Part shown: positions 36,038 to 49,737 of the stretch, in pieces
How the letters are laid out: every line of letters begins with the position of its first letter
How positions within the stretch are numbered: position 1 is the first letter of the stretch
Source of the DNA: Chrysomallon squamiferum
Taxonomy: Eukaryota > Animalia > Mollusca
Direction of reading: 5' to 3'
DNA: 64,000 bases
Assembly (NCBI GenBank): GCA_012295275.1
Contig: CM022665.1
Location: 27,404,001-27,468,000, forward strand
Notes under the pieces: generated by a model
The model's database searches: none
Told to the model about the DNA's origin: nothing
Seen by the model: the letters and a program-made list of their open reading frames with translations, nothing else
Position numbers and translations under genes: made by a program

Positions 36038-39000
36038 TTCCATGCATAATATCAGTATTTACAATAAAAGTGTATTATGACAGATTCTGAAATTAATTTT
36101 TCATGACTGAAATATAAAATGTATAGTTAGAAAAGCATTTGTATTGTATACATTTTTTTTTTTTAAATGTTGTTGTGCTTTGTTTTATATCAGTGTTAGC
36201 AAGTTATTATTATGAAATGATACTGATTTACTGTGTTATATAAACATTAAAGTGGCTAATTTATTGAAAAGATGAAGAAGATATTATCACTTACTTGAGG
36301 TAAGATGTGTTGAACATGGTGAACCCAATTGGACAGACTTGGATCAAGGAGATCTCGCACAGTCAAACCCTCAAAGTCAAGATTCTCAATAAAGTGGTCA
36401 CGAGCTGAAATGACAACATAATAAACAATCCTGTAATTTAAAATAATTTTTTACTTATTGTCAGTTATTGTTATTTTAAAATCTGGTCCTTTACTAAAAA
36501 TAAAAATAAAAAATAAAATAAAATTATGTTTTGGTTGGTTATATTCACTAATATAAAAATATATAATTCATCAAAAATATGTTTTCACACAATGTTGTAT
36601 CCATGAAAAGGTTTAAAACATAACACGAATCACAAATCAAGGTAAACATACAAGCTCAAAAGTTAGTGTATTAGTTTTGCGGTGGCTCAGGCTGCTGTGA
36701 TTTTTGTATCAGGCATTTATAGTTCAATAATAAGAGTACATTTAATGCAATTCATTTGATAATTTCTGACATTTGATATTGTTTTCTTTAACACTTAATG
36801 CATTTACTCATTTTAAACCTCTTTATAACAACTGATCAATAAAATCTTTGTAGGCAATTTGTCTCTTTACTGAGATATCATTTCTGTATCAGTATAAAAC
36901 CAGTTGTTTTCTTATAGTGAAGATTATTAACAGTGATTAAGATGATTTTTTATTGTATTCTTACCTTCTCCCTCCTCCTCTTCTTCCTCCTCTTCATCAA
37001 ACTGATAAAAACCGAGAGGAGAAATGTGAGTTCCTGCTGAAATTCGAGCTATTTGTGCCCGCAGATAATTGGCTTCATTGCCTCCAAATGGTGGATAACA
37101 CACCACCTGAAATAAGAATATAAATATTTTAATACAAATACTTTTATGTGTAGTTATATTGTGTGTATGTGTGTGCATATGTGTTTGTATTTTCTGTTTA
37201 TCTGTTTACTTTACATATATCTGGGTATGTATTTGTGTGAGTACACACAAACACATAATAGCATAACATATTAATGTTTTTTTTACAATCCTGCATGAAT
37301 AAAGGTTTAATAACACAAACACATATTCTAATAATTACTGAATCATGAAAAATATCTATTTTAGGCAACAGGAGGAAACCTGCTTACTAATTATAGTACA
37401 TTTTAGAGGCAAGGAATCTTTTTAATCTTGCTATGGGATATTACACATTATATCTGATATGTTGGTCACAGAGCTATATATATAAAATGAATTAAAAATA
37501 ACAAATCTGAATAAATTATGATACATGTTTAATAATTGTAATGTAGAATTACTTACAGGGGCATCTAGTCTTCCTGTGAAAAACTTCTTTATTCTTCTTG
37601 CTCCTTGAATATGTGCAGGAGTTACTGGGGGAAGTTTGATCCATGTCTTACCAGCTGCAAATAAAATTTAAAAATCTAAATAAAACTGTGGAATAAAATA
37701 ATTAAATATGTGGAGTATAGACACACAGACCACCTATGACTTCATATAAATAAATAAATACTTAAGAACAATTGTCAGATATATGAATATAAAGACAAAA
37801 TATAATATTAAACCAATTTTGAAAACACACACACACAAAGTAAAAAATAAAATAACTAATAAATTTGTTTCAAAATTTTTTAAAACTTTTTAAACATAAA
37901 CAAAACAGAACCAAAAACTTACTGCTTCAAAGCAACACATGTAAGCAATGAAAATAATCAGAATCAGTTTGTGTAATTTAATCTAGCTAACAGATGTGCA
38001 CCATTAGTATGATATAATTTCTGATTCTGTTTTACCATTTATTTCATGACTCCAGATAATGGATGATGGATGATGCTGGCTCTGGGTATGACAAAAGTAA
38101 CACTAAAAAGATAATAATTTCACACTCACGATCGTTGCAGACAAAATAAGTCTTCTTGTTTGCTCCAGTTCTGTTTTCTTCTTTGGGTATTGGTGGTGGA
38201 GGTTTGTAGTCAGGTTTTGGAATATCATCCTCCTCTGCTTCATCTGTACACAAAACAAAATATATAGTAATGACTGTCTAACCACACATTTCTTTTGTAA
38301 TGATTATTTATACATTTCTTTAATGATAATGTTATGAGATATCAAAACCCCTGCCCATTATCCAAAGTAACACTAATGGTTTAGTAGGGAAAACATAATA
38401 TTTCTTTGAAATATTATTATTTATATTTTAAGGATTAACTAGAACTTTTGTGATAATAAATTTTGAATATTCAGGAAATAGAACAAATCCACAAAGACTG
38501 ATTACCTTCTTCTCCTTCCTCTGCTTCTTCTTTTTCATTTGAATCTTCCTCATTCTGCTCCTCCTAAAACCAAACAAATATACTAATTTAGTAAAACCAC
38601 ATAAATACAGTAACTTAATCTCACATTCATGATTACAGAATCAAATAATATTTCTGTCATAAAAATTCTACATTTAAAAAATTTAAAATATTACTTAAAT
38701 TATGATCCAATAAATAAAGTTACTTAAACACATTGTGAATTAATTTAGCATTAAAATTATTTCATATTCAAGATGACATTATTACCTCTTCTTCTTCTTC
38801 CTCTTCTTCATCACCTTCCCTGTACTCCACTTCAGCAATGTAGTAGTTCTGTTCTCGACCAAAAATCTTGCCCCAGAATCGGACGTGCTGCAGTGGATGG
38901 TTGTCAACAAGATTCTTCAAAGCGAGCCACACTCGAATCATTTCTTCACGATTCATGCCAATAGCTGCTTGTTCAAAGAAGAAACACAGCTCCATGAGGT

Positions 39001-40061
39001 TTGGAAGAGGAGTCTCCACATCTTCATCTGGCAGGTTGTCATCATCTTCGTTTTCACCTTTCTGGAAAAACAGTTATAAAAATGAAAATAAGAGACAAGA
39101 TATAATAAGGATTATGTAAGTTAGGTACATGTGCTGATTCTTAAAATGTTTATGTCATACAGAAACTAATAATTGATTTTAACCTGAGAATTAGCTATAT
39201 TTTAATGCAAGTTAAGTGTATAAGATTTTGATTTAAAACTATCTGCCCTAGATTAATGATAATATTCTTCATATATAAAACTTAGTTATCCACAGCTAAA
39301 TATATCAGTTGTGTAAAAACCAGGAAAGTAGAAAAACAATATTCATGATTTGGAGGATGAGCTGTTGTATTCTGTTTTTGTTTTTTGGATTTTAAGTAAA
39401 CAAAAAAAAAAGGAAAAAGGAAAAAAGAAATACAACAAATCCCCAAACATACCAACATAATATCAGAATATTTATTACTTAATCATATTAATTAGTTTTT
39501 GTCTAATACAAATACTGTTTATTTATTGTCATAACAGTAATGTTAAATATATTTTATCTTTAGCCATATATATTACAGATTTTATATACAGATGATATAG
39601 TGATAAAGCAAGACAATTTTAAAATGCCTTTACTTCATCTTGTTTCCTCTACACAGTTACTATTTGCTTTTAATGCTTTGACAAACTCATAGACTGATTA
39701 GCTATTATATATGCTCTTATTACAAAAAATATTTGATTTATTTATTTAACTTAATAAAACAAAGTAGACATTTTACAGATCATTAACATATAAATAAATA
39801 AACAGAAATAATGTAAAAGTGGTCTTACAGCAAACAACTTTTTTTGAACATGAGCTAAGCAAACTTCTGTGCTCTGGTCAAGTTTGTTGTGCACAGTATC
39901 AGTGTCTGATACAAACTTAGCTCTTTTTACATCTTTGCTAATATCTTCAAAAATGTCCACAACATTAGCTGGTTTCTCATCAAGAACTTTTGAAAGAACA
40001 TGTGATAGGTGATCATAGCTGAAAGAATGAAAATAAAAAACAGAGAAAAATTTAGCAAATT

Positions 40062-40123
<62 letters not shown>

Positions 40124-40683
40124 TTAAAAAATAAATTTGACCAAATCTTAACTGAATCAACATTAACAAATATAAATCAATGTCAGTTTATTATTCACGT
40201 TCTGTTCACATTAGTTCTTCTTTTTAATCAGGATATCCAAATCTGGAAACTTAATATAATCTTTTACAGATAATCAAAAATTTTATTATTATTCATTTTT
40301 ACAACTTAATTATAATTATTTTAATACTCTTGGCGATCTTAAGAAATGAAGGATAAATATAATTAATTCTTCGAACGTGTAAACAGAATTACTTAACCGT
40401 AACCAAGATCACTAACAATCAGTGACGATCTCAAAACTAATTCTCCAAATAATAACATTAATCGTCGATTAAGCTGATATTTTAACTTCAGTTTTGTTTA
40501 AAATTATATACATTTATATAACGTCTTCAAAAGTTTTCGTAATACTTACATATTAAGGCCTGTATTTGTGCTAGCTGTCAAAAGATATGATTTGGCTTTG
40601 ATGAATTCTTGTTCTTTTGCAGACAACTTCGACCCAGATTCCATAACCATGTTGGAATCCGTATTTGCGCTACCAGACGACAT
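35125..40683 (-). CDS. RSPH4A: Radial spoke head protein 4/6 homolog (motile cilium/flagellum), complete, 10 exons, 536 aa
   Basis: Exons (minus strand): 40683-40550, 40018-39829, 39061-38786, 38563-38506, 38243-38130, 37654-37557, 37106-36965, 36404-36295, 35933-35674, 35353-35125. All junctions are GT-AG, phases are consistent, and the total is 1611 nt. Family motifs: [120 protein letters not shown], acidic tail. Likely co-orthologue of vertebrate RSPH4A/RSPH6A. Confidence 0.96.
40063..40123 (+). repeat. (TAA)n microsatellite in RSPH4/6 intron 1
   Basis: Direct reading of the sequence. Confidence 0.95.
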
Positions 40684-41000
40684 TTTGGAAAGGCTGAAAG
40701 ATACCTAACCACCAACACTAGTTATATATTATTTAGTGAGCAAACAACCTTCTGCAATGTTGTAATCTGTACAAGAATGAATGTGTACAAGATACAAGTT
40801 TATCAACTACAGAGTTGCTATGGTAAACGCCGCAACGGGGATAAACGTCACTTCCGGCTTTTTAAGCAATATGCATGACGTATTTCGCACAAGTCATAGG
40901 TATTTCCTATCTGTTCTTATTTGTTGCTGAAATAATTTACCAATTTGTTATCAGCGATTACATCCGTAGATATTTACGTATATTACAGGAGCTGTAAAAA
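40684..41000. promoter_or_regulatory. Bidirectional promoter region shared by RSPH4/6 and SAV1
   Basis: The divergent ATGs are only about 625 bp apart and the region is locally CpG-rich. It contains an RFX X-box-like GTTGCTATGGTAAAC (40814-40828), an overlapping ETS-CRE motif ACGTCACTTCCGG (40845-40857; CCGGAAGTGACGT on -) and a second TGACGT at 40876-40881. Confidence 0.7.
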
Positions 41001-41307
41001 TGACCCGGAGCTGGGTGTTTAAGTTTGGAAACACTTGCATTTTGTTTATTACCTGATCAAATATTATTTGATGGAATGTAACAGGTGCCCTTTATATAGT
41101 TTAAAACCTTCATCATTGTTTCAACGTGAATCTGTTTTTAAAGACTTGATTTTCAAATATGTAATAAATACTTTTGCAGAAAATAATAATTATTGTATTT
41201 TTTAATCAAAAAAGAAAGGAAAATCAATTCTGCGCACTAGATGTGTTACAGATCAGTCTATTTTGAACAATAAAACAATTACACTCATAACAATGGATAA
41301 GAGAAAA

Positions 41308-41526
41308 ATGCTCTCCAAGAAAAAAGACTGTGGACTTAATGAAGGTATTGCTGGCAGATATGTGAAGCGTGATACACCTCCTGTTCTTCGTAGTAAGTAC
41401 TGCATCTGCAGCAATTTTTGCAAAATTAAAGATATATTCCCAAGATACATTCTTACAGGCATAGTATACGTAAAAATACATTAACATATACATAGTAACA
41501 TAGCTATTTACACACATATCTGTATA

Positions 41527-41583
<57 letters not shown>

Positions 41584-43621
41584 CATACAATACATACATT
41601 CCTATGCCCCCCAAAATGGAATGTCAGTATTGTTGTTTTTGTTTTTTGTATGTAAATGAATAAAATATTTTGTTTTATTAGTAACTATCAGAAACTAATA
41701 TACATGTGTGTATTAATGTCTGTGTACATGTGTGTGTGTTTGTGTATCTCAATTTCCTAATGACAGCATTATATGCATTATAATCAAAATATGATTTAAA
41801 ATTAGTCATGTCTTCAAACTAGAAGTACACTGGCTCTGTTAGAACATTTACATTTTGAAGATACTTGTAAGTTGTTTACATGTCTCTATAGCTAATTAAC
41901 TGACATTAACAGTACATACATTTATTTTAAATATGTAAGTATTGTAATACTGTCTATACTGAGCTGTATATGAATAATGAATTATATATTTTATGTATAT
42001 CTGTGGCAATATAAGTAAATAGTCAAAATAAAATTCTTTGTACTTCCAAGTTATTTGATTGTTTTTGGCATCTTGTTTTTGCTATAAACTATGTGTTAAG
42101 TGAAACATTTATAAATAAATATATGTATATGTTTTATGCTGATCTCATCATCATCATTATCAATATCAATGTCATTATCATTATCATTCTCATTATTATC
42201 ATATATATATCTATCTATCTATATATATCTATATATATATCTGAACTTGTGTTTTCAGATTACCATACACCAGTCAGGCAAGCAAATACTTTTCAACGTC
42301 GAACAGTCAAGATCCCAGCTTCATACATTCCTCAGCACGTGCCAAGTGGTCCAGTTTCAAGCACAGCCCTTTCAATGCCACTGTCTCAGTCTCGGGTACC
42401 AGGACAACCTGCTGCACTTTACTCACCACTGTCAGCCACCCCGTCTACAGTTCCTGAGAGACAATACTACTACCAACAACAGCTCAACAATTCTTCTGTT
42501 AACCAGCTGTCTCAAGGACTTCAGAATCTGAGGGTGGGTAATCTGCCTTCATCAAGGACAGAATCGAGTGTGGCATCTAGAGGGGTTGGAGTGACCTACT
42601 CTTATCCTATCAGCAATGTGGGACATGCGACATCAGCAGGGGTTATGCAGCATGTTCCTGCTAGTTACTATCACAGTCATGTTTCAGCACAGGATCAGTT
42701 ACAGACACAACAGAGTCATCAGGTCCAGACTGCCTCGTTGTATCAGCACCCAGAAGAACACACCACAGCACTGGGAATTGTCAGAGAAGGTAAAATTACC
42801 TTTGTGAACTCTCCCCACTATTATAAACTTAACATTTTTGATTTGAGACATACATATACATACTCGTCAATAAGTGAGTTAAATAACCTGTCCTTACCTT
42901 TATAAAATGTATGCATGTATGCTCATGGAACAGGCAGACAGAGAGATATTTGTTCATGCAGATAGTTGTATTAATATCAAATTGTTTTGATTTGTTTGTT
43001 TTTTAGGACAGGGTAGATTATTGATATTTCAGTGGATGTCTCAGAACTGTGGATAAATCATTAGCTAATTAAGAAATATCTTGTTACCATTAACTGGTAT
43101 ATTTTTTCTTTTTTTTTTTCTTTAAATATTCACTATAAAATGTTTAATATATCTAACATACTAATTTATTTTCATCTTATCATTCCTAGAGGAGAGTAAA
43201 GATAATGTTGGTACACAATATGGTGGCAGCCATGGTAACTATGGCAACAGTGAATACATGAATCTGCAGTATGATGAAAACTACCAGATAGCACAGTATC
43301 ATCAAGAGATCAGAAATCACTACGCCCAACAAAACAGTGCTGCAAATCAGCCTACGCTTTCATCGAATGTTTACCAAGATGTGGATCATCTTAACACCCC
43401 ACATGAGGTCCTCCCAACCTCATCTGCAACATCAAGTAAGTTACAAATATTTATTTAAATGTTTTTTATTTATTAAGATATATGAAAAATTTATCATTTA
43501 TCATTTATTATTTACCATTTGTAAGCTGCTGAAGATTATTCTAAATGAAATATGATTTTTTTTGATAGTGATTTCTGATCTCTTTCAGCCATATGTAACT
43601 ATTTGTCAATATTAAATTTTT

Positions 43622-43656
<35 letters not shown>

Positions 43657-46416
43657 GTACTGATTTAACATTATAGTAAAGTTGCATGCTGTTAGATAAA
43701 AACAAAACACTGGTTTTGTGTGTGTGTGTGTGTTTTACTAGCAATTACTGCATATACTTCTATGTTATGGCAAGATATGATGACCAGATAATGTCTGTAT
43801 TTTCAGGCACTGACCAAAAATATAGCTTTTTCAGATGGAATGTATTTATTTCATTAAAATGCTTGTTATACATTTACTTATCTAGACTGTTCAAAGTTAT
43901 TGTTTCAGTGTTTAATTGCTGCGCTGGATCCTATATACATATAGTGACAATGATATCAATATGTATGAGTCTATTACTGTCAAAACCAGTGAGCTGATAA
44001 ATAAGTGTTAATTAGTAAATTACACTTGGTTTTTGTGTTATTTAGGATTGCAGGATAAAAGAGAAATCACTGGTTACTGCTTAAGATATCAGCTTTATCC
44101 TGCTCAGGTTGATTAAAAGCTGATTGTGTGTGTGTGTGTGTGTGTGTTTTCAGTTTCTTCATTTCTTATTTGCATATAAAACATTTCAGGTGGCTACTCT
44201 ACTCAAGAAGAATTACACCTGCCTCCTGGATGGTCAGAAGACTGGACAATGCGTGGACGGAAGTTTTATATAGATCACAACACACAGACAACCCACTGGA
44301 GTCACCCACTTGAGAAAGAGAGTCTCCCCTCTGGGTGGGAGAGAATAGAATCAAAAGAATATGGAATATTCTACTATAAGTAAGAATTACATGACAATAA
44401 GAATAATAAACATTTATTTTATTCCTTAGCACTATATATACTTATTATCTGAAATTATATAATTTAATTATTTTAATTTTATAAATTTTTGCCATATTAA
44501 AATTCATTCTTTCTCAAGCTTTTTTTTTTTTTCATTTGTTTTTTCATTTGAATACACTTTATTCAGAACCCAGGGAAAATGGGTTCTGAATAAAATATAC
44601 TAAAATAAACAAAAAATTAAAAATTAAAAAAATGCTTGAGAAAGATTTGTATGGGAATTAATTGTGACAAAATTAAGCAGTTAATCCTTCCATAATCATT
44701 AATTCAGGAAATATAGTAACAATTAATCCTTGCATTAAACTGATTAATGAGTAGATTAGTTACATAACATTGTTGTCAAACTGAATAAAATTTAAAGCAT
44801 TTATTTTTCCCTGTTTTAGTATTGATATACATGTATTGCTTGATTTTTGTTGAGGTAGGATTATATTACATATCAGAAGATTACTAACACTGAAAATGGC
44901 TAATACTTTGTAAAGAAGGGAGAGTATTCTGTCATGACTACAAATTAATAGGTTAATACCCATAATCAGTGTATGAAAGAGGGCAGGAGAGAGAGAATGA
45001 GGGAGTAAAAAGAGAGATAGATCAATAGAGAAAATAGCAAGAGAAATTAAATAAAACAATTCTAAATAAAAAGAGCAAATGAGGGAGTGGAAGAAAATAA
45101 AAACAGTTGTCTGTATACCGTAAGTTTATTTTACGTAATAGATAAACAAATTATTTATGTTGTTAATTTTTCAGTCACACAACAAAACAAGCTCAGTATT
45201 TACACCCACTGTCTCCTATAGTGCCACAACATAACATGATGATAGCATACGGAAGACCGATACAGACAGAATATCGACCTCAGCGACAATCTAATGTTTT
45301 AGTACCGGCAAATCCTTATTTACATACAGGTAGATATTTATTGTACACAGTTAAAGTAATATGTTAATTATTTAAATGATTTTGTCAGGAAAGAAATAAG
45401 TAATACATTTTTAACATTTTGGTTACTTTTGAAGTCATCATTTTATGTTTTATAATACATAGCCGTTCTCTTTTTTGCTATTAAGCTGTCTAAAGTAGCA
45501 CATTTTAATATGATAAGTATTTTGAGAAAGCTTTGGTGTTTTTTTTTTTCTCAATTAGATTTATTTGTAAGACTGAGTGCATGATTTCTGCCACTGTAGC
45601 CAGCAAATATTTATTTTATCTATTCTGTTAAATATGCAAGTGCTAGTTAACAAAGTGTTATTGTTTTTATGTTTTCAGAAATTCCTCACTTTCTGATGGT
45701 TTATTCAAAAGCCCCTCCAGAACATGATCATAAACTTAAGGTAATGCAAAACAGTTTGTTCAAAATACAGTATTACAGAATAATCTAGTAAATATATATC
45801 ACTGTTTAAATCATCACCCTGTCCTTTTTTTTCTATTACAGTGAAATTTTTATTCTTTGTTTCATTATTCATCATCTCTTCACTATTAACATGACAATTT
45901 AAATGTGGTAATGTAATGTAATATGATCGATAAAGAAGTGATTATAGATACATTGGAAGTCAAAATTATGACTACTATAGCATTTATTAAAGGTAAAAAG
46001 AGATTAACATGATTTACAGTTAATAATATTTAGTTGATACTTTGCAAAATAAAGTAATCATAGATTTAGAATAATAATTTAAAAAAAAAGATTAATTAAT
46101 TGTAAATTAGTTATTTAACTTCTTTGGAATCAAAATACTTGTACATTTAATTATAACAAATATACGTAACTTCAATCATGTTTTTTTTTATTTATTTCTT
46201 TTTAAAAAACAATTTCAGTGGGAACTGTTTCAGCTGCCAGATCTAGAGTACTATGATGCCTTGTTAGTTAGACTGTGTAAAGAAGACTTAAGAAAAATAG
46301 TGATGGCCTATGAAGGTTACAGGAGTGCACTTCTACGAGAGCTCGAACGTCGGAAAGAAGAGCGACAAGACCAGCAACACAGAATGTTAACACAGAATGT
46401 AGAGACAAAAGTATAG
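41308..46416 (+). CDS. SAV1: Salvador homolog (Hippo pathway scaffold; two WW domains + SARAH), complete, 7 coding exons, about 488 aa
   Basis: Exons: 41308-41392, 42259-42789, 43190-43435, 44190-44379, 45175-45329, 45679-45740, 46219-46416. All junctions are GT-AG and the total is 1467 nt; an in-frame upstream ATG at 41293 would add MDKRK. The N-terminus MLSKKK...[14 protein letters not shown] matches the SAV1 FERM-binding motif. WW1 is [30 protein letters not shown] and the atypical WW2 is [30 protein letters not shown]. These are followed by VPANPY..EIP and the SARAH domain [48 protein letters not shown]. Confidence 0.96.
44484..44675. repeat. Foldback/inverted repeat (probable MITE) in SAV1 intron 4
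   Basis: Perfect 15-bp stem TTTATTCAGAACCCA (44558-44572) / TGGGTTCTGAATAAA (44580-44594) with a 7-nt loop. The outer arms TCTTTCTCAAGC / GCTTGAGAAAGA also pair, as do T-rich/A-rich spacers. Confidence 0.65.
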
Positions 46417-48767
46417 CATTAACATGCGTACATAGTGCAATAATTTATACAACTTTGTTGTGATGTTTTTGTGACACATAGATTATCAAGGTCTTGTTGT
46501 TATACCTGAGGTAAATATATTTTAACTGCTTGGTGCCAATAGCTTTGTATTGTTTTAAATAAAAGATTTATATATCATGGTAATAATTATTTAATATAAC
46601 ATTTATTTTTATTGTTCAGGGAGAACAATGGTTGGGATTTTTTACTTTAGAAGCTGATCTTTTACAAAAATTTATGTTGCCTGTGTAGTCAGGCTTAAGA
46701 AGATAATGAATTTAAGCAAATAAATTCTATCAATATATTGTTAAATGTAATTTTTATATCCATATTCACTCTATCATTTTTGGCTAATAAATAATAGGAT
46801 AAAATTCTTGGGATCCTATTTTTGAAAATTTGCAAGTATCATTACTTAGTGCTTAGATAAAAAAATGTTATTATCACTTAACAAATTCTTTTGTCCATAA
46901 CTGTTTTTAAATGTTATATTTATTATATTTAAAATTATCATATTTTGGTAGCACATTTTTTATAGACTTCTCACAGACACTATAAAGAGTAGCCTCCCTC
47001 ACAGAATTTCGTTTATTCTGCTGTTGGGAGAAATTTTACTTGTTACTATTTATTGTATAACAGCAATATGAATTAAGAAACACATATTAAAATTGATCTG
47101 TTTTATTCATTGATTATTTTGATATATGGTTTTTATTCTAATTACTGAATAAAATGAAAATATATTTAAGATTAAAAAATAAAAGGCGCATTTGTCAAAC
47201 ATGGCTGTAAGTTTGTTGCACCTATGTTTGGTTTATAACTGTACATCAGTCATCTAGTTACAGGCAACAGAATAATAACAAAACCAGTCATGAACACGGC
47301 ATTAATATTTTTACAATTGCAATTCTATCACATATGTGACAAATCTAGATTTAGTTAATCTAAAACTGTACACTGCAGCAAGTAATCACTGTAAAAAAAA
47401 AACATTGTGATGAAAATTTATTTATATATATTATTCAATATTCAAAGTAAACTTGAATCAAAAATATGTATTTTCAGTGTTTTGAATACCCTTTTCTAAA
47501 TATTTATTAAAGCATTATTTCAAGATATGCTTTACTTTTTATGAATGTAAAATGTTGTCGCAAAGATCAGAAAAAGAAAGGCAACAGTGTTGCAGTTAGC
47601 AAATACAATCATGTAATTTGATTAATTTAGTCTTGATGTTTTTATTTTTAATTTTAAAAACCCTAAAATTATTGATATTTTGTTTTTGATTTTTGATTTT
47701 AATAAAATCAAAATAGGATGCAGCACAGAAGAATTGGTTTTATATTAAAACTGTTATTGTGAAAGAGCATTTTCTTACCTTGTACATTATTTAATTATTA
47801 CCTGATCTTTCTGAATTATTGTTTATAATAATAATTATAAATTTGTGCTGGTTACTGTGATGATAACAATTTGCTGTATGTATTTTCAGTTGATTATTTA
47901 GACAAAAACCCAAGTTTTCTTTACTTTGGGATTATTTTGTTTTTAAATATTGAAATATATTCTGCCAATTTCTATTACCATATCAAATCAAGCACATTAT
48001 TACTGTTATTGTTGTTATAGTTTGGACTTGTTGGTTCAGGCAAGCCTCTGCTGGTCAGAGACAAATATTTGAACTTTGTATATTTTAAATATGTCATCAT
48101 TTATCACAATCATTAACACTTGTAAATTCACAAATCATTATATATTCATAAGTATATCACTGATTCATCATGATCATTTAAATTGTTTTTTATTTGCTAG
48201 CAAGAAAAGAGTAATACTAGGGTGTGTTTAGGAATATGCATCAACAAAAATGCATATATATGTGTGTGTGAAAGTGTTGATAGAACATATGTATATATCT
48301 AAATATAAATGGTGTGCATACAAACTTGCATATGTTTATGGTGCATTTGAAAAACCAAAATGTGCCTTAAATTTTTAAATTTGGATCAATATTTTGTTTA
48401 TTACACTTCATGAATTTGATTTATGAAACTGAAATTTAAAATGAAATAAAATTATCTATTATTCTTAATATTTCTATATTTTATATAGATGTATAAATTA
48501 TAATTTCTTTAGCACTGACATAGTTATGTTACCTGGTAATGTTTTATTTTCATAAAAAGAATATAGACAAAATTGTGTGATTATTGTGGTGAATGAAAAT
48601 TTATCCATTATATAAAAACAGAAACAAAAACAAAACAACAGTGGTCAGCAAAAAAAAAAAGGACAATCAATACAGTTTATGCCAAAATATCACATTTATA
48701 CATAATAATTTTCTCTTTAAAATAATTTATATAATTTTTTAAAACTTGATCTTCTGAGCAACAAGTA

Positions 48768-48882
48768 CTGGGTTGGAACAAAAATTCATAGCATTTTTTT
48801 AAGTGAAATTCAAATCAATATTTTAGATATTTGTACTTTGATTTATTCAACCATGTAAATATCATTTTGTTCAACTTTCAGA

Positions 48883-48918
<36 letters not shown>

Positions 48919-48999
48919 TATTTCTGTCATATGTGGAACAAAATTACATATTCAAACAACACCTATTAAAAAGTGCTATATACTTTTGTTCCAAGCCAA
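48768..48999. mobile_element. Tc1/mariner-type MITE (about 232 bp) with TA target-site duplication
   Basis: Left end TA|CTGGGTTGGAACAAAAATTCATAGCATTTTT; right end (reverse complement) TA|TTGGCTTGGAACAAAAGTATATAGCACTTTT. The TIRs are about 30 bp and resemble mariner ends; TA flanks at 48766-48767 and 49000-49001; an internal (GT)n tract is present. Confidence 0.7.
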
Positions 49000-49626
49000 T
49001 ATATTTGTAAAAATTTGCATTTATAGTTAGTTCTTTGTACCATTTATGCAACAAATCTTTTAATTTTTGTTAAAACATATTTTGAAATTGTATATGGGGG
49101 AAAATAATTATAAATAAAAAAAAATATTAATAACAATTATGGGTTTAGAAAATGTGACTTTTCACTGCTTTCAACACATATGACATTCAGTTTAGGTATT
49201 CTAATTTAAACTAGCACTGTGGACTTTAAAATTGTACCATCCAAATGACTATGTGATTAAACCTAATCCTTAAAAATATTTGAATCTGGGATTATGTTTC
49301 CAGCAGTGTCATATGGGACTAATGGGAAAGATAAAAGACTATAAATAAAACATTTATATAGGTACAAGGGTGAATTTGTGAAAGGTGTTTATCCCTTAAT
49401 CGTGTATAACTACTAAACATGTCTAAGTTACATGTGTAAACAAGCTCATTAAGTTAGACACATGCATTTAAAAAACATTGATGTAAATGCACAAAAGGAG
49501 TTAAGTCCAAGTAATTGATACTTCGCTACAAAAAAACTGTTGAACCATGCTAATACATTGTGACTGCTTCAGATCGCCCAGAAAGAGGTGGAATATTACA
49601 GAAATTACATCTAAAGTCAAGCATTA

Positions 49627-49737
49627 TGAATTTTTAAAGACAGATATAATTTCTTGGAAGTGTTTACTAAAGATAAGTTCATAAAAAGATATAGAATTTC
49701 CAAAAAGTCACTTCAGACTTCATTAGATGACATTAAA
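49627..49737 (+). pseudogene. Harbinger transposase (HARBI1-like) N-terminal fragment
   Basis: Translation *IFKDRYNFLEVFTKDKFIKRYRISKKSLQTSLDDIK resembles the Harbinger N-terminal pattern R-[IV]FRDR-N-LE-Y-D-EF--RYR-SK. The leading TGA is plausibly a decayed CGA. No DDE core is visible. Confidence 0.65.

Noticed and set aside
42093-42258. N-terminal part of the 270-aa ORF (IIIII/YISI)
   Set aside because: Intronic simple repeats; the real exon starts at the tttcag acceptor (42259) and ends at 42789.
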